From: Yuukianura sp. NJ FZ-2021
Taxonomy: Eukaryota
DNA: 64,000 bases
Assembly (NCBI GenBank): GCA_046563655.1
Contig: CM102285.1
Coordinates: 5,704,001-5,768,000 of the forward strand
Reading direction: 5' to 3'
This document shows, piece by piece, positions 11,457 through 21,911 of this stretch. Under the pieces are notes generated by a model. The model searched no databases. It was given only the letters and a program-made list of their open reading frames with translations, and was not told where the DNA came from. The translations under genes were made by a program, and so were the position numbers. Each line of letters begins with the position of its first letter. Position 1 is the first letter of the stretch.

Positions 11457-13064
11457 ATGCCCAAGATAACTACACGTTCCTCTGTCCAATCACCTCCTCC
11501 TCATCCTAACACCGAACAATCACAAACTCCCGCGTTTTCACAACACCGCGGGAAACTCAACTTACAACCTCGTGTAGTTTTGCCGTCTACTATTCCTAGC
11601 GCCCCACCTCTCCCGAAATCCACTTCCCAAACCTCACTTAACCCCTCGAACCCACCCCCCTACATCCCTTCACCGCTACCTCTCCCTCAAGTAACCTTTC
11701 CATCCACCCTCAGTGACCCCAAATCACCTACGCACATCCCCACTTCATTACCATTACCTACAACACCGTTCAAAGGTTTACACAATCTTCCTATCACCAT
11801 GTCCCAAGCTTCCACCTCGGTCGGAGCTAAGCCCGACTCCGGCAAAACACATTATAAAATCAAGGTACCGACGTTCAGCGGCAAACCTGGAGAGGATGTT
11901 ATGCGGTACCTCACCAAGTTCCAATTAGCGATGACCGGGAACTCAATCCCACGATCTGAATGGCCGATTTTGCTGAGTAATCATTTAACCGGTACTGCCG
12001 AAGCTTGGCTTTTCTCGTTCTTGGAATCCACTCGATGTTCAACATCACCACCAGCCCCCGCCCTGTTAGTTGACTACGGCATGGTGGAACAAGCTCTCAT
12101 CAAAGCATTTGGCAATACTAGTACTATGTCTGCTGCACAAAAAGTTATTAATAGACGTCAACATCTGAACGAATCTGCTACGGAATATACTTACGATCTG
12201 ACCAATCTCCTTCGACAGATGGATCCAGATATGCCTGAATCCCGCCAAGTACGTTGGCTTATCCGCAATTTACGTCCATCCAATTTGACAGCTCTTGGAG
12301 CACAGAAGCCACAAAGTATCGACGAGTTCTTAAAAGCGATGAAATCAATTGACGAAACAAATGAGCTACTTTTACACCAGAAAGATGTCAATGTTATGAC
12401 CCAAGCTCCAGCGGTCCTGGCGGGACAGACAGAGCAATTGGATAAATTTGGACGCATCATCGAAGAGATGCATACATACATTGTTAAGCAACACAACGAG
12501 GGCACATCTACTTCTCTTCAGCCACAACCGACGCCACCAGATTACACCACTGCTGAACACTTCGGGGTAAATACCCGAGTTGGGGGGTATTCGAAGCCGT
12601 TGCGGTCCCGTGGTGGTGGGCAGGGTACCCCAGCCCGCGGAAATGGATTAGCTCGGCGGTGTTACGTATGCAACGACCCCAATCATATTAGTGCACAGTG
12701 CCCTCGTCGCCGCTGCAACCGCTGTTCCCAGCTTGGCCACATCGCGAGCAACTGTCAGGCCCAAGGCACGCCGCGACAGTTTTGCACCTATCACAACACT
12801 AGTGGGCATTCCGACCAGAACTGTTCTCGACATCGCAGCAATAATAGCATGAGCCGACGACCAGAAGCATATGGCCTTTGGTGTTCATTTCATCAGTCAA
12901 CCAAACACAGTGATGCAGATTGCCGTGCTCAGCCAAAAAACAGCCAAGGGACGGGGTATGCGGCTACCACCCATCCGTCCCTTCCATCCACACAGAGCCG
13001 CAAACACAATGCTATCCCTACCGACCCACTGATCAACTCTCTCAACACCAGCTACACTCCATAA
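11457..13064 (+). CDS. gag: Gag polyprotein (Pro-rich N-terminus, capsid, four Zn-knuckle-type motifs)
   Basis: ATG at 11457. KVPTFSGKPGEDV..YL.KF and RRQHLNESATEY are capsid-type motifs. Two CCHC knuckles (CYVCNDPNHISAQC, CNRCSQLGHIASNC) and two CxxHx4Hx4C motifs follow. Confidence 0.9.
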   Translation: MPKITTRSSVQSPPPHPNTEQSQTPAFSQHRGKLNLQPRVVLPSTIPSAPPLPKSTSQTSLNPSNPPPYIPSPLPLPQVTFPSTLSDPKSPTHIPTSLPLPTTPFKGLHNLPITMSQASTSVGAKPDSGKTHYKIKVPTFSGKPGEDVMRYLTKFQLAMTGNSIPRSEWPILLSNHLTGTAEAWLFSFLESTRCSTSPPAPALLVDYGMVEQALIKAFGNTSTMSAAQKVINRRQHLNESATEYTYDLTNLLRQMDPDMPESRQVRWLIRNLRPSNLTALGAQKPQSIDEFLKAMKSIDETNELLLHQKDVNVMTQAPAVLAGQTEQLDKFGRIIEEMHTYIVKQHNEGTSTSLQPQPTPPDYTTAEHFGVNTRVGGYSKPLRSRGGGQGTPARGNGLARRCYVCNDPNHISAQCPRRRCNRCSQLGHIASNCQAQGTPRQFCTYHNTSGHSDQNCSRHRSNNSMSRRPEAYGLWCSFHQSTKHSDADCRAQPKNSQGTGYAATTHPSLPSTQSRKHNAIPTDPLINSLNTSYTP

Positions 13065-16000
13065 GTCATCCCTGGACCATCAACGCAATTTCCACTACAT
13101 ACACAACTTCTGTTCTCCAAACCGATGACACGAATTCCGTGTTTGTTTTAAAAATGGGGACGAATGGTCTTCTGAAAGTATGTGGTTATGCCGGAGAACA
13201 CCCAACAGAAATAATGTTGGATACAGGGGCAGAAGTTAGCGTCATTAGTTCGCAGTTAGTTAACAATAATAGTATTCAGCCGATGGCTCGCACAGTCATG
13301 CTGAAAGGTATTGGTGACACCCTTACATCCTCACTCGGAATGGCTGAAATTTCTATACAAATTGATGCACAAAAAGTACTTCACTCCATGGTTGTTGTAA
13401 AAAATTTCGCTCTACAAGTCCTACTGGGAAACGATTTCCTACGAAACCAACGTGTTATAATCGATTTCGACCGTTTAATTATCAGTTGGAAAGGCACAAT
13501 AATACAAATGATTCCTTTACGCGATAACGAAGCTTCACTCCGATGTGCTGTTTTTACGTTGAAAATTGTTGACAAGAAAGTTACACAGCCCAGGCTGTTC
13601 TCCTTTTTCCCATGCTCTGGTTCCCCTCAGGTACCAGTTAAAAATCATGTGGGTTGTGACTCCCAGGATGCTGGTTCGACGGAATCCGCAGCTGGTCGAT
13701 CTGTAACTCCTAACCTACATGTTTTTGAACCGAACACGAGCATGATGACCTACAATGTTGATCATGAGCCACATATCACAGAGTTTCTTGAGAGTACCGC
13801 TGAAACTTCAAACATGGTTTATACAAGGGTCCCTGAATCGTGTTTGTCGACAGACAGCGAAGAGTTTATTCCCCGGGAAGATTGCAACGCGATTTGCAAT
13901 GAAACCTTTTCCGATATCCACGGCCAGGATACGGAAGAGCACTGGCGCGACGGTCCTCACCTCCCCAGTGAGTTACAGAGTCCACACGGTCTTTACACGT
14001 TGGTGAATCTTAATGCAGCCACAACGGAATCCATTCCCAGTGTGGACGAACAAATGATTGATGAGACTCTACCGACTTTTAGCATTTTCGACTTACCACC
14101 ACAATTGATGAAGGAACATGTCAATCGTATAATTGCAAGAATTAACCCAGAGTTAGACCCAACTCAAAAGGTACAGTTACAGGACCTTTTGGTTGAGTTC
14201 AAAGATGTTTTTGCTTATCAGAAAGAAATCGGTGAAATTAAAAATTACGTACATCACGTCATTCTTCGCCCTAACGCGCATACTTTCAGAAACCAACCAG
14301 CCCGGCGAACGCCAGAAATGACAGCGTTCGAAAACAAACAAATCGATGAATTACTCAAACACCAACGGATAGTACCATGTAATACAAATTACGTCTCACG
14401 TACAGTGTTAGTCCCAGGGCATACTCAGCCCGATGGCACTAAATCTTATCGTTTCTGTGTCGACTATTCTGTGCTCAATTCCATTATTGCTCCCATCGAG
14501 TTTCCAATGCTTAGTGTGGAAGCTATTTTAGAATGGTTACAAACTCGGCATGCCTTCTATTCAACCTGTGATTTGCAGAAAGGATATTGGGGAATTCGTG
14601 TGGCAGACGAAAGTATTCAATATTTAGGTTTTTGTACACCTAAAGGCACATTTGCCTTTAAATACCTTCCCTTTGGAATTAGCACTGCACCCCAGTCATT
14701 TACCCGCTGTATGTATATGGTTCTCGGCGATACATTGATGGTTCATAACGTCCTATACATTGATGATTTAATTATGGGTAGTGATTCCTGGGCAAATCAT
14801 TTAATTGATTTACGTCGAACATTTGAAAGGCTACGAGCCTATGGGGTCAAATTAGCGATCCATAAGTGTTACTTTGGTTATTTTGAAGTTCCATTGCTAG
14901 GGCTGTTGGTAAATAGGGATGGCATTCGACATAATCCTGCAAAGTTGAAAGCCATTCAACAAATCCCGTATCCCACAACAGTTAAAAAGTTACAACGGAT
15001 TCTGGGCAGTTTTAACTGGTTTCGTCGAAGTATTCCAAACTTTTCCAGTCTCACACAGCCCTTGTACCAGCTTTTGCGGAAAGATAAACCATTTAAATTG
15101 GACAAAATTCATGAGGATAGAATTGACGAAATTAAAAAAGTGTTAGCCTCCCCTCCATTGCTCCATTGGTTTGACCGAAACAGGGAGACGCGACTGTACA
15201 CAGATGCCAGTGATATTGGTATCGGCGGCATATTGATTCAGGTGACAGTTGATGACTTAGAGGTACCAGTCGCTTATCACTCCTCACTGCTTAAAGGACG
15301 TCAGTTAGATTTTCCAGCATTCATGAAAGAAATGTATGCCATTGTTACTTGTTGTTCGGTTTTTCATATGTACCTCTCGGATATCAAGTTTACAATCATT
15401 ACCGATTCTCTTCCGTTGGTGCAAGCTAAAAGTTCCTTGACACCAGCTAAGCGCTGGAACAGGGATCTTACGAAATGGGCTGTTATTATGATGGGTTATA
15501 CTTACGACCTCAAATATCGCAGAGGTAGAAATATGGATTTTCCCGATATGTTGAGTCGAGCACCGTCCGATGCACTCACGGAGGATAGTGCGATACTTCC
15601 AGATGCGTTAGTCCTTGTTCAGGAGATTTTTCTTACTCAGGAAGGGGATGCTAAAAGTGAATGGATTGGTCAAACCAACTCATTTGATTGGAAAACCCTA
15701 CAACTTGCGGACGCCGAATGTACTCGGATCAAAACCGCTTGGTTAAAAAATGATATTCACACTAGAGCCAGATACATCATTAAAGACGACATTCTGTACG
15801 ACATGCGTCAGGGCTTCAGTCGTGTTTACGTCCCTGTAGTCCAACGCAAATGTATCCTCAACGAAGTTCATAACAATATTATGTCAGGTCACATGGGGTT
15901 CACGAAAACGTATCAACGTCTCTCTCGAGCTTATGCGTGGCCATCACAGAAACGTGATTTACTTAACCACATCCAAGCATGTGAGAAATGCGGTAAGATG

Positions 16001-17755
16001 AAGAGGCATTATGGTAAGATACCGGGGTTGATGGGTGAGTTACCCGTCGGTAACTATCCAATGGAATGTTGCGCATCAGACATTCTAGGACCAGTCGCGG
16101 CAAGTAATGGTTTCATATATATTATTAACATGGTCTGTCTTCTGACTAAATATACTATCTTAGCCCCATTGAAAAAGATCCGGTCTTCCGACATTGCTAA
16201 ATTTTGGGAAAATGAAGTATTTTTGCGGTTTTCTACTCCACGTATCATTTATACGGATAACGGTAGCTCCTACACTTCCGAATTCTTGAAGGCTTTTACT
16301 CAAATTTTTGGTACAAGCATTAGACACGTTACTTATTATGGCAAAACTGGTAACTCCTTAGCCGAACGTACACACTCCACATGCCATTCAATCATTCGCA
16401 GTTTTGTCAACGACAATCATAGTAATTGGTCACAAAATTTACGTCATGTTAATTTTTGCCTTAATACGGCCCCTTTAAAATCTTTAAAATACCACTCTCC
16501 TCACTCCCTCATGTTTCATCAACAACCTACTTTTCCATACACATCTCCGGTGGAGATTGACAATCGTGACCTTTATACTAAACAACAGACGTTTCAAGAA
16601 TTATGGTCCCAAATCCGGACTGCCATTGCAGAACAGCAGAGGAAAACCCAAGAACAAGCTAACAAGTTCAGAATGCCCGTATTTTACAAAGTGGGAGATA
16701 AAGTACGCCTGACATATCCGCGCCAAGGGGAGAGGGGACAAACCACTAAATGGGTTGCTTACTACTGGGGTTCCTATGAAGTTTTACAGAAGATGGGACC
16801 GGATGTCTACCTCGTCAAATGTTCGACTACAGGTAGACAGTTTAAGACACATGTAAGACGAATGCGCCTAATTAGTGTTGACGATGTAATGGAAACAGAA
16901 TCCTTAGAGATCATGGTTGACCCAGAACAATTTCTGGAGGATATTCTATGTTTCGATCAGTTGATTGAATATATCTTTCAAATTCAAGAGTGGGGACACA
17001 CCACCGATATTTTGGCCGGTAGTACGCTACCAGTCCACTTCTTTGTTTTAAATGCACAAGTTACTGACGAGCGCATTCCTGATGATCAAATTTTACAACT
17101 ATGCTTGACACATAAGCTCACTGATATTATTCTTATTAATTCTGCACACCCTATAACGTTTAACGTCCATAAATCTAATAATACTAAAGTCCAAGTGACC
17201 ACTCCAGAGGGTCTCTTTATTCATCAGATAGTTAATCCGATCACGCTCCGGAAATATATCGAACTTCGCGACAATCTACTGTCCACCGACGTTCTAATTA
17301 TTGGCGAGGGTTGGGAAGAGTGTTTTCTTTCCCTTTTATTGCTCTCTTCAATGCATCATCGAATGTATATTTCAGTTTTTGGGAGTCTTATGCACATTTT
17401 AACGCAATCCAAACATAAGGACCGAATCTTAACGTTCTTGAAAACCGAGAAATATGGGTTTCAGAAACAAGCACGTTGCTCAGGACTGTCTGCTTCAGAC
17501 ATTGCGTTACCTGAGGATAAGATGGAACCTGTTGAGTCTGACCTTCACAAGGAATTATGGTCAGAAAAAGGGTCGCATGCCATCCCAACGTCTTCAGAGT
17601 CACCTCCACCTTCTCCTATCCTCAACTCCTCTCTTCCGGACTCCCATCCTGATAAATCTGAGCAACAAACCCCAGAGTCGTCTCAGTTGCCAGAAATCAC
17701 TCGACCACGTAGGATCACCAAACCACCAGATCGCCTTACCTATTCCAAGTTTTGA
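12920..17755 (+). CDS. pol: Pol polyprotein: aspartic protease, RT, RNase H, integrase, extra C-terminal domain
   Basis: Protease LDTGAEVSVI; RT DLQKGYW, LPFGI, YIDD; RNase H TDASDIG..KEMYAI..TDS; integrase HHCC (HNNIMSGH..CEKC) and D-D-E (DILG, TDNG, AER). The frame is intact. Confidence 0.95.
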   Translation: MPCSAKKQPRDGVCGYHPSVPSIHTEPQTQCYPYRPTDQLSQHQLHSISHPWTINAISTTYTTSVLQTDDTNSVFVLKMGTNGLLKVCGYAGEHPTEIMLDTGAEVSVISSQLVNNNSIQPMARTVMLKGIGDTLTSSLGMAEISIQIDAQKVLHSMVVVKNFALQVLLGNDFLRNQRVIIDFDRLIISWKGTIIQMIPLRDNEASLRCAVFTLKIVDKKVTQPRLFSFFPCSGSPQVPVKNHVGCDSQDAGSTESAAGRSVTPNLHVFEPNTSMMTYNVDHEPHITEFLESTAETSNMVYTRVPESCLSTDSEEFIPREDCNAICNETFSDIHGQDTEEHWRDGPHLPSELQSPHGLYTLVNLNAATTESIPSVDEQMIDETLPTFSIFDLPPQLMKEHVNRIIARINPELDPTQKVQLQDLLVEFKDVFAYQKEIGEIKNYVHHVILRPNAHTFRNQPARRTPEMTAFENKQIDELLKHQRIVPCNTNYVSRTVLVPGHTQPDGTKSYRFCVDYSVLNSIIAPIEFPMLSVEAILEWLQTRHAFYSTCDLQKGYWGIRVADESIQYLGFCTPKGTFAFKYLPFGISTAPQSFTRCMYMVLGDTLMVHNVLYIDDLIMGSDSWANHLIDLRRTFERLRAYGVKLAIHKCYFGYFEVPLLGLLVNRDGIRHNPAKLKAIQQIPYPTTVKKLQRILGSFNWFRRSIPNFSSLTQPLYQLLRKDKPFKLDKIHEDRIDEIKKVLASPPLLHWFDRNRETRLYTDASDIGIGGILIQVTVDDLEVPVAYHSSLLKGRQLDFPAFMKEMYAIVTCCSVFHMYLSDIKFTIITDSLPLVQAKSSLTPAKRWNRDLTKWAVIMMGYTYDLKYRRGRNMDFPDMLSRAPSDALTEDSAILPDALVLVQEIFLTQEGDAKSEWIGQTNSFDWKTLQLADAECTRIKTAWLKNDIHTRARYIIKDDILYDMRQGFSRVYVPVVQRKCILNEVHNNIMSGHMGFTKTYQRLSRAYAWPSQKRDLLNHIQACEKCGKMKRHYGKIPGLMGELPVGNYPMECCASDILGPVAASNGFIYIINMVCLLTKYTILAPLKKIRSSDIAKFWENEVFLRFSTPRIIYTDNGSSYTSEFLKAFTQIFGTSIRHVTYYGKTGNSLAERTHSTCHSIIRSFVNDNHSNWSQNLRHVNFCLNTAPLKSLKYHSPHSLMFHQQPTFPYTSPVEIDNRDLYTKQQTFQELWSQIRTAIAEQQRKTQEQANKFRMPVFYKVGDKVRLTYPRQGERGQTTKWVAYYWGSYEVLQKMGPDVYLVKCSTTGRQFKTHVRRMRLISVDDVMETESLEIMVDPEQFLEDILCFDQLIEYIFQIQEWGHTTDILAGSTLPVHFFVLNAQVTDERIPDDQILQLCLTHKLTDIILINSAHPITFNVHKSNNTKVQVTTPEGLFIHQIVNPITLRKYIELRDNLLSTDVLIIGEGWEECFLSLLLLSSMHHRMYISVFGSLMHILTQSKHKDRILTFLKTEKYGFQKQARCSGLSASDIALPEDKMEPVESDLHKELWSEKGSHAIPTSSESPPPSPILNSSLPDSHPDKSEQQTPESSQLPEITRPRRITKPPDRLTYSKF
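12935..12983 (+). promoter_or_regulatory. -1 ribosomal frameshift signal (A AAA AAC plus downstream stem-loop)
   Basis: The heptamer at 12935-12941 is in the correct gag phase and pol is in the -1 frame. AAGGGACGG (12946-12954) pairs with CCGTCCCTT (12975-12983). Confidence 0.8.
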
Positions 17756-17887
17756 GTTGGCCATAAACCTTTTAATTTTCACTAGTAGTTAACTTTACGG
17801 TGTGTATGTTCATAATTTACGCTACGTTTATCAATTTAGTTTTAGTTTAACTCATTTCCACTTACAAGTGTCTCATCGCACAGCATC

Positions 17888-20746
17888 ATGCAACTTCTGT
17901 TCTTCGAGTTACTTCTTTTTCTACACCTCTCCACGATTCACTGTGCGCTTCCTTCTGCCGAAGATGAGGCGCTACATCGGATTTACTTTTCATCTTTAGC
18001 TCCGAAACAACCAACACTCTACTTCTGTGATCCTAACGTTGGATCACTTACTTATCACCTTCCCGAGATGCCTACATGCGAATTGGCTGAGCTTGTTACT
18101 CCGACTCGGATTGTGCCAATCACGGTTTGGGTCGACAACCCCAACAGTCATTCTGTGAGAGCATGGCTGTGCAAGGCAACCACAACTACTGAAACCCGAA
18201 GTTACTTCTTTTGGTTGAGTCACTCCCGGGACACCTGGGAGGAACCACGCGTTGTCACACGGGACGAATGTATGCAAATGGTTGAGACCACCAAATCGCC
18301 GGATGGATCCGCAATGACAGCACTTGCTGATGGCCTTTGGGGCACCTCCCATGTGGTAGACATTGACTACGTTTGGCCCACAACTGTAACCAAAAGCGTA
18401 ACGAATTTCTATTATTCTTCGATCACCATCACAGCCAGCAACTTCGATGCTAGTATTGTCGCACCAGTCCCTCTAGCCGCCTCATGTGATTACACTGCGG
18501 AAAGTTGTCCTGGCATTTCGGGGTCAGTTATCGTCTGGTCTAGTAATTTGTTCAAAACGTGCCGTATACAAAAAGCCTTTCAAACTGATTGTATCCTTTC
18601 TAATGAAAACCATTTATCATGCCCGGAAATTACTATGAGCATTCCAAATATACGTTCTATTCCCTATTGTGACCTGTTGATGGGAACTGGAGCAGGAGGA
18701 GCCATGTATTCACCAGTCCACGCAGATAGCTTCCCTATTCCACTGTCTAGCACTGAAGACTTCGAACGAGCCACAAGAGTCCATCTTTTAGCTGACCGAT
18801 ACCCACGCCAGAGGCGAGACACACTACACACTAACGACTTCTCTATTATTTCCGATACTCGCTATGGACCGGGGAGACGAGCACCACCTCTCCCAAAGTT
18901 ACAGCCCACAGCAGCTCCAACAGACCCGCTGGATGTTCTCATTATGGATTACAGCACTAATTTGGGTCCTGGCCCAACGGCGTTACCATTTTCGACTACA
19001 TCTTGGCCTTCCACTTCTTTTGACTCACTTTCTACTCTGCATTCAATTCCAGCTATATCCTCTACTACTACTGACACTATTCTGGACCTTGACCAAAGTG
19101 GTTCCTTACCCATTGCGATTCCAATACCTTTGGCAAATCACAGATTTCACACACACCTTCCCTTAACGCACACATTAAAACCGGACATGCCCGCACAAGA
19201 AGAATCGACTCGTCACAATCCGAGGGTTGGCAGGATTTCTCCTCAGGAAGAACTTGCAATTCAGACTGAGTGGATGGGTTCAAATTCTGAAGAGCCATCA
19301 TCTACTACTCCCTCAACTACTCCAAAACCAACCTTCATTCCATCTCCTTCGGCAGAACGCACTACAGTCAATACACCACCTATAGAACCAGTACACACGC
19401 ATTCCTCTTTTGAGCCAGTTGTTTCGGGTTCACCGCCAGCACGTCCTAGGCCCGCACCAGTGTCCCGAAACCCATTCCCCCAATTTCCAACACCGCCCCA
19501 TCGGTACCCTTACAAAGGCTCACTCATCTATCAAGGTACAGATGAGGATATTTTACACATGATTTCTTCCACTTCCCCACGGCCGCCTCCTGTACCAACC
19601 GAAGACACACTCCTGGTCGCCTCACACGTAAATGGCCGTTTACAATATCTTTATGATATGCTGCGCAACAATGTCACCTACGCCATTCAAAATGTCGTCT
19701 TTCAAACATGTATAAACCAACAGTCAATCCTCAGCGTCGCGACGTACCTAGCCGAACAAAACGATCCAAATGTGGTGGCTCGATTATTACTAAAAGATCA
19801 ACGTTACATTTCCAAATTGCATGGCGATGCCATCTCCTTGACACGATGCCAGGAAATTGACTCCTATCACTTTCGGCCCCAAAACGCAGACGGAAATTGT
19901 ACCTCGAATATGCCCATCACATTTCTTTACCATCACCAGAAAGTCGACGGATATCTGAACCAACTCTCTCGACACATCACATTGGAACCAGAGTTTATCC
20001 CATGCGAAGACCGGGTCCCATTTTATTTCAATATCGGATCCAAAATGCTTCTTCTCAACAACGATACTACCACTGCCATTCAAATGCCGGTTTTACCACT
20101 TCCATTTACTAACAAAGTTCAGGATCAACCACTGTCCGCCATTACGTTTTCCAATCCAGGTACAATTGCAGTACGGCAAACGACTGGTTCCGAGTCACTC
20201 CTCTCGATACTACGACAACTTCGGGCTCCAATTACTGTAGACAACGTTTTTAAAGCACGGATGCAAGGACAAAAATGGTCAGAGCCACAACAGCAAGTAG
20301 CTGACGCTGTACAGAGCTGGACCCTTGACCCCATTAAACGGTGGGCAACCAACGTAGTCGCAGGCCTCCTGACGTTGACTGTTTTCATTTTAGTGGTGTA
20401 TGGTGCAGTTCGGTACAACCAAAACATTGTGCACGCAGGGAGGAGAGTATGGCGACATATTTCTAGCCGTCCCTCAACTTCCCCCAGGACCCATCCTCAA
20501 GTCGCCGCCATAGAAATGAATTATCTTGAGACGTCAGCCCCAAATAGAGATGATCAGGAGGTACAAACAGAAGAAGATGCTTTTTTACCACCGTATCAGT
20601 CTTTATCTCATCCAAACCCTGAGTACACTTCCACCCTGGCTGGTCGAACTGCACTTCTCGCGGGACAAGTTTACTATCCGGTGAACCAACAGGAACAGGC
20701 CCCCTTTTCCGGATTTCTCTGGACAGGACACCCCCAGCTACAATAA
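17888..20746 (+). CDS. env: Envelope glycoprotein, class III (herpes gB/chuvirus-G-like) fusogen, 952 aa
   Basis: Signal peptide; Cys-rich domain with aromatic loops (YFFWL, DYVWP); furin site RYPRQRR; S/T/P mucin-like insert; gB-like HVNGRLQYLYD...C...DPNVVARLLL...GDAISLTRC; TM helix VVAGLLTLTVFILVVYGAV; cytoplasmic tail. Confidence 0.8.
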   Translation: MQLLFFELLLFLHLSTIHCALPSAEDEALHRIYFSSLAPKQPTLYFCDPNVGSLTYHLPEMPTCELAELVTPTRIVPITVWVDNPNSHSVRAWLCKATTTTETRSYFFWLSHSRDTWEEPRVVTRDECMQMVETTKSPDGSAMTALADGLWGTSHVVDIDYVWPTTVTKSVTNFYYSSITITASNFDASIVAPVPLAASCDYTAESCPGISGSVIVWSSNLFKTCRIQKAFQTDCILSNENHLSCPEITMSIPNIRSIPYCDLLMGTGAGGAMYSPVHADSFPIPLSSTEDFERATRVHLLADRYPRQRRDTLHTNDFSIISDTRYGPGRRAPPLPKLQPTAAPTDPLDVLIMDYSTNLGPGPTALPFSTTSWPSTSFDSLSTLHSIPAISSTTTDTILDLDQSGSLPIAIPIPLANHRFHTHLPLTHTLKPDMPAQEESTRHNPRVGRISPQEELAIQTEWMGSNSEEPSSTTPSTTPKPTFIPSPSAERTTVNTPPIEPVHTHSSFEPVVSGSPPARPRPAPVSRNPFPQFPTPPHRYPYKGSLIYQGTDEDILHMISSTSPRPPPVPTEDTLLVASHVNGRLQYLYDMLRNNVTYAIQNVVFQTCINQQSILSVATYLAEQNDPNVVARLLLKDQRYISKLHGDAISLTRCQEIDSYHFRPQNADGNCTSNMPITFLYHHQKVDGYLNQLSRHITLEPEFIPCEDRVPFYFNIGSKMLLLNNDTTTAIQMPVLPLPFTNKVQDQPLSAITFSNPGTIAVRQTTGSESLLSILRQLRAPITVDNVFKARMQGQKWSEPQQQVADAVQSWTLDPIKRWATNVVAGLLTLTVFILVVYGAVRYNQNIVHAGRRVWRHISSRPSTSPRTHPQVAAIEMNYLETSAPNRDDQEVQTEEDAFLPPYQSLSHPNPEYTSTLAGRTALLAGQVYYPVNQQEQAPFSGFLWTGHPQLQ

Positions 20747-20810
20747 AAGTCCCCTATCACCATCACACCATTTCCAGACGACTCGCGTATCGGAACTTCC
20801 TACATATTTC

Positions 20811-21818
20811 ATGGTTACTTTAGCCTATGAGTATCTTTTCATTCTCTGGACAATCTATCTCTGTTTTTCCTATGTCCCGTATGGTCTAACATCTCCTCGT
20901 TTACATCTCCAGCATACAGAACCTATTTGGACTCTTGGCAAAGCCTACCATTCGCAAAGCCCGCGCACTTTCTTGCTAGCCAACACTTATGTCGCCACGT
21001 TACGAATCCTCAAATTTACACCGTCTTTTACTTCCAAAGGGGCGTACGTTTGTACGTACACGTTAACCACCATTGAACGAAATTCTACTGGTCATATTGT
21101 GCAAACCTTCCACGAACATCCTCCCGAGAATATTCCCGTTGATTACTGTTGGCATGCGCTCCACTCGTTTCAAAGTCTTAATGAAAACCCACTTTCGATA
21201 ATCTCTGCTGACATTTTGCCACCTGGTGTAATCCACAACCACAACAGCCTGTCCCCCATATACAGCACCTGGGTGAAGCCGCAAAATCGCCTCCTTCATT
21301 TCCAGGACAGAAGTCAAATCCTGCAAACAGAATCCGATAGTCAACAACGCAGTAAAGCGGTGTACAAAGATATCCATTTACAATTCGTTCTTCCTACCGT
21401 ACACCGTTTTTCTAATTCCACGTTAGTGCTCCCATCCTCTAACACTACGATCTTTAATTGTAGTACTACTCAAGCAATTTGTCCTTTTCCTAATGGAGTA
21501 TTATTTAACCGCGTCTCACCTACACCCGTGCCATGGCAACGAAAACAGTGCCAGATAGACCTTCACATCGATCATCTCTGCTTGGTCCAGCTACACACCA
21601 TCTATTGCCCCTTATCTTCAGTGGCAGTAACAGCACTACAATCTTCTCCGTTATCCAGTAGGCCTATGTTTGTTCGACTCATCGTACAGCCCTCTAGCCC
21701 ACCCCGTCCTTCCAGTCTGGACCAGTTTCAAATTGACACTAACTTCTCCCGCATACATGCCAGTTTACAGCATTTATCCCCTGCAGTCATCCACGCTGTT
21801 CCACTCGAAAAGTGTTAA
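20811..21818 (+). CDS. Truncated env paralogue 2 (335 aa, N-terminal hydrophobic segment, no C-terminal TM)
   Basis: Shares the env Cys spacing (AYVC..C, CSTTQAIC, CQ..HLC..IYCP). It is the most diverged copy. Confidence 0.6.
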   Translation: MVTLAYEYLFILWTIYLCFSYVPYGLTSPRLHLQHTEPIWTLGKAYHSQSPRTFLLANTYVATLRILKFTPSFTSKGAYVCTYTLTTIERNSTGHIVQTFHEHPPENIPVDYCWHALHSFQSLNENPLSIISADILPPGVIHNHNSLSPIYSTWVKPQNRLLHFQDRSQILQTESDSQQRSKAVYKDIHLQFVLPTVHRFSNSTLVLPSSNTTIFNCSTTQAICPFPNGVLFNRVSPTPVPWQRKQCQIDLHIDHLCLVQLHTIYCPLSSVAVTALQSSPLSSRPMFVRLIVQPSSPPRPSSLDQFQIDTNFSRIHASLQHLSPAVIHAVPLEKC

Positions 21819-21911
21819 ATACTTTTTCCTCTCTCCAACTTCCGTTTAGTCTGATTTCGGGACACCAACTCTACACACTACACACTCACCTCCGTGGCAT
21901 ACAGAAAGACT

